A stretch of 64,000 bases of DNA from Paraspadella gotoi (Eukaryota; Animalia; Chaetognatha). Below the pieces are notes generated by a model. That model was not told the origin of the DNA, did not search any database, and saw only the letters and a list, made by a program, of their open reading frames with translations. Made by a program: the position numbers and the translations under genes. Numbering within the stretch: position 1 is the stretch's first letter; each line of letters starts with the position of its first letter. Location of the stretch: positions 2,555,476 to 2,619,475 of the forward strand of contig JBJCIZ010000239.1 of NCBI GenBank assembly GCA_051294375.1, given 5' to 3'. Shown in pieces: positions 12,329 to 23,093 of the stretch.

Positions 12329-13860
12329 ATTTTTTTTAAATCTCTACCGAATATTTTCAGAGTTTGCAAAGCTTGATATACAAATTTATTTCAATTATTT
12401 CTAGAATTTGTAGGTACCTACTCCGATTTATGAATTGAATTTTAGATTCCTACCTCGAATATTATCATTGTCAAGCGGTAAGAATATTATGTAATCGGGC
12501 GCAAGTAACAGCAAAATAAGACGCTTATTATCACGAATGTTTACTTTGTGAAGATGGGAAAATGATCGGGTATGTTTAATAATAACCAATAGCATTTTGT
12601 CGACAAATGAACATTATCTTTATTTTATATTCTTGTTTACTTATCACTAAGGTAAGGAACAAAATATCATCCTACCTTCTCTCGATTTGTAGCTAATGTG
12701 GAGAAAAAAGTAATGATGCCGTCATGGGGGAGAATGGTGGCATCTCCGTCAGTCTAACGGAACGAGAAGCCGTCAGTGATGTGTTGACCCTCAAAACATA
12801 TGACGATTTAGATAAATTTCATGAAATATGGTATTGTTTTGTGTTAGTTTTATCCGACTTCATGTTTGCTGAAACATTTGGTCTGTTTCATTAGGTTTTA
12901 CATTTTCATATGGAGCTTATTCAGCTCAATCGTCGTTCATACTTTATCGGCGCTTATAGCCACCTGTAAGCTTCATCAACACAAGTGTGGTCGTTTTTAT
13001 CCATTGGTTATGGTCATCATGGGCGTGATTTCACCACTAACAGGTTGGTTCTTCCGTGACTCATTTTATTTTTTTTCACACTTTCTGTTATGGGTAATTT
13101 TTTCAAACAGGCGGTTCCTGTACATGCGCCGTCATTGCCGTCGTTTTTACCGCCGCTAGATGGAAGATGTCGGCCATTATGGCAATGTGTTTTGGCGTCG
13201 GTCAAACTGGACTTTTGATTGCCGTTTCCATGTCTAGAATTCTCGCAACGCTATAGATTTTTTGTGGAATCCACCGGTTGTGATCAATTAATTACATGGT
13301 TTCCAGTCATTTTAATTACCGTATTAAATCTGTAAGTAAAACTTATGTATCCTCTCGGTTAACAATAACTCTTCCGTATTCAAAAACTTCCCATTTATCT
13401 AATAGTTACAACTTGAATATAATTCACAGTGCAATTAAATTCCTAAAATATGATCTTATGTTTGCACATTGTGCCAAGTTTTTTTTGTAATGTAACAAGT
13501 GGTTTTTTGTTATTGGTTTTTATAAAGATTACCTTCAATATTAGTAGTGTTTTGTGCTACTTTTATTTTAGCTTAAAACAAGGGACTCATGCCTTCATAA
13601 ATATTGATTAGGATTAACGATAATTAATTACTTTTGCGTTGAAATTCACTACTCATGGATGATACAATTCGTTTTGATCAACATTGATTAAGATTAGTCT
13701 TTTCTATATTCAAATTTCTGATTTTGTTTTAATGCTGTATAAACCAAGATTTACGTGGGAATCTAATCTTTAAATTGGCGTCTCAGGACTTTCAATGAAA
13801 ACTCCCTTATCTTTTACACAATCAATCTTGGATTCCCCTAAATTTTTTTCGTATCTCCAG

Positions 13861-15759
13861 ATGAGTAAAATGGCAATAACGGATACGACGTTTTTGAGGA
13901 AGAACTCCGAGTATGTTCTTAACTCTAGTTCGGCCGGATCCGATCCCTCAAACAAATCACTCTTTCTGGTCAAGCTCACGGATTCGTCAGAGCGTGCCTT
14001 GGAAAACTTTTTCAAAAATCACAAACGGCTGGATCGAAGACCCATGATCAATTTCGAGAGCGCCACTGGCGGCAGAATCAGCATACCTTCGGAAAACCAA
14101 AAAGGCAAGGACGAGGATGACGACGTCTTCTTCTTCTCCATCGCCACAGAGACCAACCGGAAATGCTCGGAAATCAATGTCGAAACGCCTTCCACTGCGC
14201 TATCGCCGCTGGGCGTGGCCAAATTGAAACTAACCATCCACGCCACGAACGAAACGTTTTCTCAAACGCGCGAGAAGATGGCGCTCATCGAAGACGCCAA
14301 CAAACAGCAGCAAGCTAAGGAAATCAGGCCGGGATTAAAGGGAAAACGAGGAAAGCAGATGGTTGAGACTAAAGCATTCTCGGCTAAACCGACAAAGGCG
14401 TCATTCGTTTCTTCGGCCCCAAAGCCATCTTCTTCTTCATCCGGGTCTCGCGGAAATCCGCCCTCAACTTCGACAAAGTTGGAATCTGGAATCCGGCTTA
14501 AACCCAAACCCGAGCCGTGTTTGCCACCAAAGCAGCCCACTCCTCCGCCTCGATCTCAAGACTCAAATTCCGCGGCAAATTCGACTCCGACGGCTGTGAT
14601 ATTAAGTGGGCGTGGCCTACGCGAACGCGTCGTTCATCTCCTCGCCCTTCGTCCTTACAAGAAAGTGGAATTGATCTTACGCTTGAGAAATGACGGATTC
14701 AGTCTTCCCAAGGGCGACCCGGATCCTTTCGTCGAATTGCTCAACGAGGTCGGCAACGTTCTCCAAAAGGGGACCAAAGCTTCCAGCTACATGTTGAAGA
14801 AAGAGTTGTACAAGGAGGTGAACCGAGATTGGGAAAGTTACTCGGAAGAAGATAAGAAACTGCTAACCAAGCAGATTCATCACTTTGAGGGCGGCTCCGC
14901 GGCGACGACTGCGGCGTCGGCCCCGGCAGATTCGTCGAGATCTCTTTCGACTCCTTCGTCGTTGAAACGTCCGCCGTCGATTTCTCCGCCCGACGAAGCG
15001 GGCGCGCCGCCTTATTCGAAAAAACAACGAATCGCTCACAAACCCAAAGTTGCGTCGTTGCAAGAGGCTTCACCCTCTGAGAACAGAAACGTATCTCCTC
15101 TCCCTCCTTCCGAGTCGGCGCCCTCGACAGTGGTTCCATCATCGAGCGGTAAACAGAATAACGCTCCAGGGCGATCCTTTGGTACTTCCTTCAAAACAGC
15201 GCCGTTGCCGAACGCTTTGAAGCATCCGAAGCTTCTGGGAACGACGCCTCTCGGTCCGACCACCGGGAACCCCTCGGCCGTCAAGAATTCCCGCCCTTTT
15301 GCGGAATCGTCCAATCAGAAGGCGAGAGAGTCTGGCCACGAAGAAGCGAGAGCGACCGACACCGATTACGTCGTCAAGTATCAAAAGATTCTTTCGGACG
15401 ATCAAGAGAAACAATACGCTCGAGATTTTGACCAGGAATACAAAGAATATTCGGAATTGTTGGAACACATCACCAAAACCGCTAAACACGCTCAAATTCT
15501 CGATCAGGAGTTGGAGAATACGAAAGAGGGAACGTCCGAACACGAAGACGCTAAGAAAAATCTTCTCGACTTTCATAAAGAGTTCATTAAAAAAGGCGAC
15601 CGGCAACGAAAACAGCGTTTGACTTATTTGGCTCAAAAACTCTCGCACATAAAACGTCTCATCTTCGATTATAACGAACGGAAAAAGTTGAATAATTCGA
15701 ACAACAACGTCGACTTCCCTTCGAACAGTCCCGAAAACGGTGCTACTGCTCACGCGTGA
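13861..15759 (+). CDS. ELL: RNA polymerase II elongation factor ELL family, intronless
   Basis: N-terminal FLVKLTDSS...IHATNETFSQTREKM, central LRERVVHLLALRPYKKVEL, C-terminal occludin/ELL domain (FDQEYKEY...KLSHIKRLIFDY). ATG chosen directly after a tttttttc...ccag acceptor. Confidence 0.92.
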   Translation: MSKMAITDTTFLRKNSEYVLNSSSAGSDPSNKSLFLVKLTDSSERALENFFKNHKRLDRRPMINFESATGGRISIPSENQKGKDEDDDVFFFSIATETNRKCSEINVETPSTALSPLGVAKLKLTIHATNETFSQTREKMALIEDANKQQQAKEIRPGLKGKRGKQMVETKAFSAKPTKASFVSSAPKPSSSSSGSRGNPPSTSTKLESGIRLKPKPEPCLPPKQPTPPPRSQDSNSAANSTPTAVILSGRGLRERVVHLLALRPYKKVELILRLRNDGFSLPKGDPDPFVELLNEVGNVLQKGTKASSYMLKKELYKEVNRDWESYSEEDKKLLTKQIHHFEGGSAATTAASAPADSSRSLSTPSSLKRPPSISPPDEAGAPPYSKKQRIAHKPKVASLQEASPSENRNVSPLPPSESAPSTVVPSSSGKQNNAPGRSFGTSFKTAPLPNALKHPKLLGTTPLGPTTGNPSAVKNSRPFAESSNQKARESGHEEARATDTDYVVKYQKILSDDQEKQYARDFDQEYKEYSELLEHITKTAKHAQILDQELENTKEGTSEHEDAKKNLLDFHKEFIKKGDRQRKQRLTYLAQKLSHIKRLIFDYNERKKLNNSNNNVDFPSNSPENGATAHA

Positions 15760-16665
15760 GCTTCGGCTAATTTCACTGCAACTTTTTTTTAGGGCAAAAT
15801 AATTGAATTGAATCGAATCGTGTGGAATGATGATTGACGTGAGCTAATTTATTTTCCGGTTCAATGATGAAAAATTGCATTAATATAGAGGGTTTATCGA
15901 GTTTCCGATTTTCGATTTTCTTCTTCCAATTTAAATTTACCCGACGGTGCGGACAGGTGTTATATAAATAGCGTAGTTATTTATTTTCAGACCCTTTAGA
16001 ATAATTTGGTTTCGTGGATTCATTAATATTTTTACGTGTTAGGTTTGAAAGATGTCATTCAGTTTTTGAGCTGCTTCTTTATTCAGTCTTCCTTCTATTA
16101 TCTTTCGCTACTATGAATTTTATATTTATTTTTTTCTTACTCTAAAAATAATGAAAATTTGTGAGCGGGTCCACTATTTAATTTTCAACCGTATATTTAC
16201 TGATTTTTACAGTAATCTTCCTGTATGCTATAAAAGAAAAATGAAAAAATTTTCGGATCAATATTTTGAAAGAAAAAAATGTGCATCAATTGGGATACCA
16301 TGCGAGATCGTTCTTACCATTGCAACAATATTGGCGGGAAAGCTTGATGATCATAACCTAACTACTCACCTCCTACGAAGGTGCTGTTTTGTCTCGTTTT
16401 GCCAAGTGTGGAACCCTCGGGTTGATGTTGGCTCAACAACTTGATGGGATTATTTTGATATGACCCCCTCCCCCCTCACGGCTTTTGTTAAGGAATGCAA
16501 TTCATTCATTAAAATTGGTGGAGTATAGACTATAGAGTCTGCGCTGCAGATGATAGAGCGTTTCCTTCATTTTTTTCATCCCGTCTCAACTTGAGGAAAC
16601 CATTTTGTTTAATATTATAAGGATATAAGGATGAATTTTATTAACGTTAAACTTAAAGAGACGTC

Positions 16666-16668
<3 letters not shown>

Positions 16669-16703
<35 letters not shown>
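16669..16703. repeat. Poly-T homopolymer, about 35 nt
   Basis: Directly visible in the ELL-TENT2 spacer. Confidence 0.9.
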
Positions 16704-16704
<1 letters not shown>

Positions 16705-17071
16705 TTGATTGTCGAAGCGATTAGATTAGATAGGCGCCTCGCCCTTTCAGCATTTTGCTTGAAAACTCATCTAACAAATGATTTCGTTTAAATGCAAGAA
16801 AAGAAACACTCTTGTTAAAACCACCTATAGCTGTATGTTTTTAACTTGCCTTATTTAATATTGTCATACGCTTTACCATTTAGGAATCGTAAGTAAGTTT
16901 TGATATTAGAATACGAACCCAAATTTTTTTTTGGACGAGTGGTGATGACTTACGCTGCTACTTTTTTTTTAAATATTGGCCTCTGTCGTCTGTATGAAAT
17001 TAAATAGTTACAAAATCTTTTTTTTTTACGATTGTCTGTTGGTCCCTAATTCCAGGTTTAATTTGATAAAA

Positions 17072-19063
17072 ATGAAGCGCAATAATTCCTTTCGATCCGA
17101 TTCTTACAACCCTCATAAACGGAGTAGGTCGGATAATTACAATTTTAATCCCTACCTAAACGCCTCATACGCTCAACTTCCGCCCTATTGCTTCCCCCCG
17201 GTTCCGCCCCAACTTTTTTACCCACCACCTCAAATTCCTACAACTTCTCTGTACCGGCATCCCCCGACGGTATGGTCTCAGAACTCGCACCCCGTAAGGC
17301 AGGTTCCACGCACCGAGCCGCTTCACAGACCCCGTCCGAAACAGAACCTTCCTCAGGATAGCAACGTAAAAAACCGTGAATCTGGCGAGGATTCCTATCC
17401 TCTCGTCACTAAATCTATCATGGAATATGTCCGCACAAATGGCCAATCGGAGCAAATTTTGCAAACTAAAATGAATCTACGGAGCAACATGGAACGTGCG
17501 TTAAAGGGATTATTCCCAAGTTGCGATCTTTTCTTGTTCGGTTCGAGCGCCAGCGGCTTCGGCAGTAAAACCTCTGACATGGATATGTGTTTGGTAACCA
17601 ACTTGGTTCAAGCTAAAGACGTTAAGGCACTTTACAAGATCAAAGCGGTTCTCTCGAATCAATTTAACCTAAAAAAACTTCAGGTCATAAACGCCAAGGT
17701 GCCAATTTTAAAGTTTGTCCATGCTTCGACTGAGATTCAGTGCGACCTTAACATCAACAATTCCGACGGGGTGAGAAACACTCACCTTTTGAAATACTTC
17801 ACCCGATCGGATCCCCGATTGGTTCCGCTGGTGTTGGCTATCAAGAGATGGGCGCGTCAGCATAAGATCAACGACGCTTCCCAAGGAACTTTTTCCTCTT
17901 ACGCTTTGACGCTGATGGCTATTCATTACCTCCAATGCGGCGTTCATCCTCCGGTCCTCCCTAATCTACTGGCGGAGAACGCGGAGATTTTTCATCCTCG
18001 GCGACGGCTTCAAAGTCTTTCGTTTAACGATCAAGTCTTTGGTAATTTTCGATCGACGAATCCCAAAACCGTCGGGGAGTTGTTCGTCGGTTTTCTCACC
18101 TACTTTTCGAGAGACTTCCCGTACCAGTATTCTGGGATTAGTCTACGGGAAGCCAGGGTCGTTCCCAAGCGAACGGCGAAAGAGTTTTCCAAATTGGTTT
18201 TCATCGAAGAACCCTACAATCTGGACAACGTGGCGAGAGCCGTTCAAAAACATAACGAGCCTTACATCAGAAGAGTCATCGAGTCATCTTGGAACTTGAT
18301 AACCAAGATGAAACAGTTCGAACCTATTCTTGGATTCAAAGTCAGTGGTTCCGAGAAGATAGTTTCTTTCAATAATTTTAATAAACCCGTAGTTGTACAA
18401 GCTAAGAAAGAGGAAAGAACGACGAGCCAGACAAAGAGCGAAGAGGAATCCTCGCCCACTCAGAAAGACCCAACCCCCGCTCCCCTAATGGCAAAGGATG
18501 AGAAAACTAGGAAAATCGAAGAACTGACCCCCAACCCCCTCTCAGAGAAAGATGTGGTGGTAATCGAAGATGAAACACCCGTTCCCCTCACGGGAAAGGA
18601 AGCGGGGAAAATTGATGACCACACCTCCAGCCCTCTATTAGTAAAAGAAGCGGGGATAATCGTAGATCAAACACCCATTCCCCTCATGGGGAAGGAACCG
18701 GGGAAAATTGATGACCACACCTCCAGCCCTCTCTTGGAGAAAGAAGTTATGATAATCGAAGACCCCGCGGAGAAAACCGAGGACGCCGCTTCTGGTTGCG
18801 GCGTTAGCGAACTTTACCAACTCAGCTTGAAGAGCTCCTTCAAGGTCTCGCTAGAAATCGTCGGTGAGAGCGGCCCAGCTCACGCGCGGGAATTCCGAGT
18901 GAAATGCACTGTGATTCTTCGAAAGGCCGCGATGGAAACTCTTCTCGTTTCGACGGGAGGTGGAACCACAAAGAAGATGGCCAGAAACGCCGCTGCAAAG
19001 AACATGATTAATATATTGAAAGAGAGAACGATGGGTCTGGATATAAAGGAGACCTTCCCCTGA
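17072..19063 (+). CDS. TENT2: GLD-2/TENT2-type cytoplasmic poly(A) polymerase with a C-terminal dsRNA-binding domain, intronless
   Basis: Nucleotidyltransferase motif LFGSSASGFGSKTSDMDMCL, AKVPILKF, CDLNINN, GVRNTHLL, PAP-associated IEEPYNLDNVARAV. C-terminal SELYQL...ESGPAHAREFRVKCTV...GTTKKMARNAAAKNM is a dsRBM signature. Confidence 0.85.
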   Translation: MKRNNSFRSDSYNPHKRSRSDNYNFNPYLNASYAQLPPYCFPPVPPQLFYPPPQIPTTSLYRHPPTVWSQNSHPVRQVPRTEPLHRPRPKQNLPQDSNVKNRESGEDSYPLVTKSIMEYVRTNGQSEQILQTKMNLRSNMERALKGLFPSCDLFLFGSSASGFGSKTSDMDMCLVTNLVQAKDVKALYKIKAVLSNQFNLKKLQVINAKVPILKFVHASTEIQCDLNINNSDGVRNTHLLKYFTRSDPRLVPLVLAIKRWARQHKINDASQGTFSSYALTLMAIHYLQCGVHPPVLPNLLAENAEIFHPRRRLQSLSFNDQVFGNFRSTNPKTVGELFVGFLTYFSRDFPYQYSGISLREARVVPKRTAKEFSKLVFIEEPYNLDNVARAVQKHNEPYIRRVIESSWNLITKMKQFEPILGFKVSGSEKIVSFNNFNKPVVVQAKKEERTTSQTKSEEESSPTQKDPTPAPLMAKDEKTRKIEELTPNPLSEKDVVVIEDETPVPLTGKEAGKIDDHTSSPLLVKEAGIIVDQTPIPLMGKEPGKIDDHTSSPLLEKEVMIIEDPAEKTEDAASGCGVSELYQLSLKSSFKVSLEIVGESGPAHAREFRVKCTVILRKAAMETLLVSTGGGTTKKMARNAAAKNMINILKERTMGLDIKETFP

Positions 19064-19701
19064 GAGTTTTTCAGGTGGAACTTAATGGTTAGATTTGTCA
19101 TCTTTGTAGCTTTTCAGTCGACGCCCATTTAATGTCAATCAAACAAGGAAGGGTAATTTAAAAGTGTTGCGATTAGCGAAAGTTGAATAGTTTTGTCTCT
19201 ATATTTTGAATAAATGCTGTCAAATTAGAATGAATGTTGCTGTCGTTTTCTTTGAACTTCATTTCATAGACTTAGTTATAATATTATTTTAGAAATTTGA
19301 GATGAAAAAATGTACATTTTTACGTTTGGTGTAAGGTCGATTCATAATTAAAATAAGTTCCTTTATTTTATATACTACATATTGATTATGTAATTTGTAA
19401 ATGAAACTCGGCGAAAATTAATTCTATGTAGAAAACAGATTTGCTTTTTTTTTTAAGAATGTTTACCAAAATTTTTGGCAAAAAAAAAAAAGAATGGGTT
19501 TCCGATTTTGAAAACTACGACCTGATCACCACCCCCCCAATTTTTTTTTTCAATATATAAATTAATAATTATGAATTAGTTTTAAATGATTGATTTTTTT
19601 ATTTTTTCTACGAAGTTAGGTACACAAGAAATATTTTGTCCGATTATTTTTTTTTCCAGGTACACGACTTATTAAAAGGGAAAAAAAAGAGAAATATTAC
19701 G

Positions 19702-21686
19702 ATGAGATCTTTGAAAGAGATGACATGGACCGAGCTCGTCGTTCTCGGTGGGTCACTCTCGGCCGCCACCTTCAGCCTTTACCTCCTCTACTTTGACAAC
19801 GACGAAGAACTTCTGCCCGAATCCTCGGGACTCACGATTACTTCTCGTCAAACCGTCATCGAAGTGAAAATCCCCAAAGATATGGCTGGTCACGTGATAG
19901 GGCCTCAAGGTACCGTCGTCAAGAGAATCCAAGCGGAGAGCGGCGCCCGAATTCACTTCAAGGACGAGGCCACCACCGAGACCCACCGCTTTCTCATGGT
20001 GCGGGGAAGCCAAGAGTCCGCTCAAAAGGCCGAAGTCCTCATCAAGCAAATAATCAACGACGTGCCCGAAATCCTCAAGATTGAATTGAAGGTGCCGCAA
20101 CACTTTCTCGGTCGACTCATCGGCAGAAACGGGGACAACATCCGGGCTTTGCAACGCTCGTCCAACGCCAAGGTCATCATCGAACGAACGTCCGACGAAA
20201 GAGATCCCAAAGCGCCTAAAAAAGTGACGATTACGGGGGCGGCGGAACACATCGAAGCCGCAAGGGGTTTGATCGAAGAACAGATGGAGAAAGAAGAGGC
20301 TTTCAGGTAGGAAATACGTTTTTTCGTCCGAATTCGATTCGCATGGTTAAAACTTCTTGCTCAACGATGCATTGCAGACAGAAGCAACGATTCGCGGCCG
20401 AGTCTCGAGGAAAGAGAGACAGGAACAAAACGAAAGCGACAACCGCAACGACGACGACTTCCGCCGCCGCGTCGAGCGGGAATCTCGACTACGAAGGCGA
20501 ATATCAAGACCCGCGGATCGAAATCCAAGGCAGCAACGGAAGTTGTTGTCCCTTCCATGCTCCCGACGCCGTTGACGGATCCGGCGACGCGGAGAAAGCG
20601 GAGAGCGTCCGAACTCCCGTCAAACTCCCCGCTCACCACGGCTTCTTCGACGTTTACGTCTCGGCTCTCGACTCGAGAGAAGCCAACAGACTTTGGATCC
20701 AACTTGGTCGCCAAACGGAAAAACTCAACGCGCTCAACGACGATTTGAGTCTCTTGTATAACTCTCCCGCCGGCGACGAATTCGCTCTCCGGGAGAACGT
20801 CCGGGAAGGCGACTTAGTGGCGGCGAAATTGAACGCTTATTCGGATGTCAAGTGGTTTAGGTATGAGAGAGACCAATTTTCAATAAATCAAAACAAAAAA
20901 AAAACTCTTATTACGCGAGAATATTTTTCTTTACGTCGAAGGCTGTAGGCTGTAATGGTTTTGTATGGTTTTGGATGGTAAAATCAACCGCCAAGTTTTT
21001 CTTTAAAATGTGTGGCAAGGTCTCGGTCGCGAGAGAGAGGGATATTTTGAGGTTTGGCATGATATAAATTCATTGATTCTTTGGCAGTCGTTGTCGGGGT
21101 TGTTGATTGACACCTTGAGTCATAATTTTAAGAGGTTTGTTTTTTGTTGTTGTTTTTTTTTTAATATTTGTCGAATTTTCTATCAAAACTTTGTCATACA
21201 TCGCTTTTGATTTAAATACGTTTTGCAATCCGGCGAGACTGCAACTTTTCTATTGACAATTAACACTGAATTTTCAGGGCCACCGTGAAAAAAGTTCTCA
21301 ACGAGCCGTACAAACTAGAAGTGTTCTACTTGGACTACGGCGACGTCGCCGTCGTCGAATCTTCCGACGCACGACATCTCAAGGACGAGTTCGCCTCTTG
21401 GCCCGCGCAAGCCGTCGAATGTCTCTTGGCCAACGTCCAATCCGTCTCTTTGAATCAAAACTCTGAAGGAGAAGCCGTTTGGAGCAACGATGCGCTCGAC
21501 TTTGTCGACGCCCGCACGTACAACGCCCAATGGGTTCTTCTCTATGCCAAAATTGTCGGCGGGAAGGTGATCGATGGTTGTAAACTGCCGCTGATAGAAT
21601 TAATCGATACGAACGGACCCGAAGATGTCAATGTGGCTCAGAGCCTCGTGGAAGCCGGCCATGCTCGCTTCGTCGAGACTGGATGA
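19702..21686 (+). CDS. TDRKH: Tudor and KH domain protein (PAPI); exons 19702-20306, 20378-20860, 21278-21686
   Basis: N-terminal TM segment, two KH domains (VIGPQG, LIGRNG), extended Tudor (WFRA...VFYLDYGD...PAQAVECLLA). Splice phases are consistent. Confidence 0.9.
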
Positions 21687-21934
21687 GCAGTGGTCTGACT
21701 CGCGTGTATCCTCTGATTATTTAAATGCACCTAGGTACCTCTGTAGATGTACGTAAGCTTCCATTCAATTACGTATTAGTCAGCTTGTTTACAAGCAATT
21801 GTGCATTCTTTGATCTTGTTTTCCTTTTTGATGAACGATTTTATGTCTAAACTCGAAACTTTGTTTAATATTAATATTTTTTCTTTAGTGGTATATATAT
21901 TTTAGGTCTCTTTTGTTAAAGATCAAACGCAAAC

Positions 21935-22928
21935 ATGTTGGCAAAGGGTTCGTCAACCGCTTCGCCCGGACCCAAGTCCCCCAATGACTCCACCGTCATC
22001 GACCTGGAAGGTTTCGACGACTTCGACGCTCTCGAATCCCCCAGCGATATCTCCGAATCGGGACCCGACTCTTTCCCCTCTCACGAAGCCAAGTTCACCT
22101 CTGTCACTGACGAGGACGAGGACGACGACGTGTCCGCTCACTTCCGCAAGCAAATGCAGGACAATATGACGGACATGTTGTGGAAGAGCGGAAAGGACCA
22201 CGCGCAAAAAGCTTTCAACATGTACGCCAAGATCGATATCCTGAGGCCTTATTTCGACGTGGAGCCTTCGCAAGTCAGAAATAGATTGCTGGCCAGTTTC
22301 GTGCCCGTGCTACCGACAGCCAAGAAGCAATCTTCGATCCCGGGCGACCTTTATGGACCGTGTATGATAATATTCACGTTGATCGCCATACTTTTGTTTC
22401 AGATGAAAGGTGAGTGATATCGACTTGAATAAGACCGGAGATCATTAATTGGTAATTGGTTTGTTTCTTGAATTCTTTGAAATTTCAGTCTCCTCTCACC
22501 GCGTAGAGGACGGGACGTTAATGGGCACGGCCTTCGGTCTTTGCTTCACCTACTGGTTCGGATGTTCCGCCGTCCTCTTCGCCATGTCCTACATGTTCAA
22601 TACGAAGCTTCGCCTCCTTCAAATCCTATCCCTCCTCGGCTACGCCATGTTTTCCTATTGCGTCGTCCTTTTCCTCTCTACCGTCGTCCACGCTTATCAC
22701 TCTCACCTTTTCTTCTACGCCGTCTGGATGATTTTCGGCGGACTGGCGGCGCTTCGCCTCGTCGCGGTCTTTTGGGCTCGGACGGGCGACCGGCGGAACA
22801 GAGTCGTCGTTGCCGCCGTCGCCGCCGCCTTTCACCTTCTCTTTCTCATGTATCTTCACTTCGCCTTTCACGAAGACGTCGTCGAGTTTGAGGAAGTGAT
22901 CGAAGAGTTGGCCGCTCGAACTGGATAA
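21935..22928 (+). CDS. YIPF3: Yip1 domain family protein 3 (exons 21935-22409, 22489-22928)
   Basis: YAKIDILRPYFDVEPSQVRNRL, DLYGP, EDGTLMGTAFGLCFTYW, multiple TM helices. Confidence 0.9.
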
Positions 22929-23093
22929 AACGATCAATTTTTCTCAGCTTTGTTTAAGTCTAAAACTTTGACCCTCTCAATATTCTAGTCCGTTTATCTC
23001 CACCGATTCTTTTCTGTTCCTGACAGGTTTGTTTTGTGAAATTAACAGTTTTAAAAAGCAAGTCAAAACTAAAAATATCAAAACAAAAACATT

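Larger units (their letters stand above)
5950..12948 (+). repeat. Tandem segmental duplication (about 5950-9800 and 9815-12948)
   Basis: Similarity covers the upstream flank, introns and about 600 bp of 3' flank, ending at ...cgtcgttcatactttatc in both units. Confidence 0.9.

Noticed and set aside
13795-13860. Upstream in-frame starts in the ORF track (also 16976, 19636, 33687, 42159, 46141)
   Set aside because: These extensions translate polypyrimidine or acceptor sequence (F/L/Y-rich) that lies before the conserved N-termini.
16290-16460. Fragments resembling U1 snRNA (gataccatg, ccattgca, acgaaggtg, ccaagtgtgg)
   Set aside because: The order is scrambled, the 5' ATACTTACCTG is absent and there is no clear Sm site. 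Probably chance; an Infernal search would settle it.
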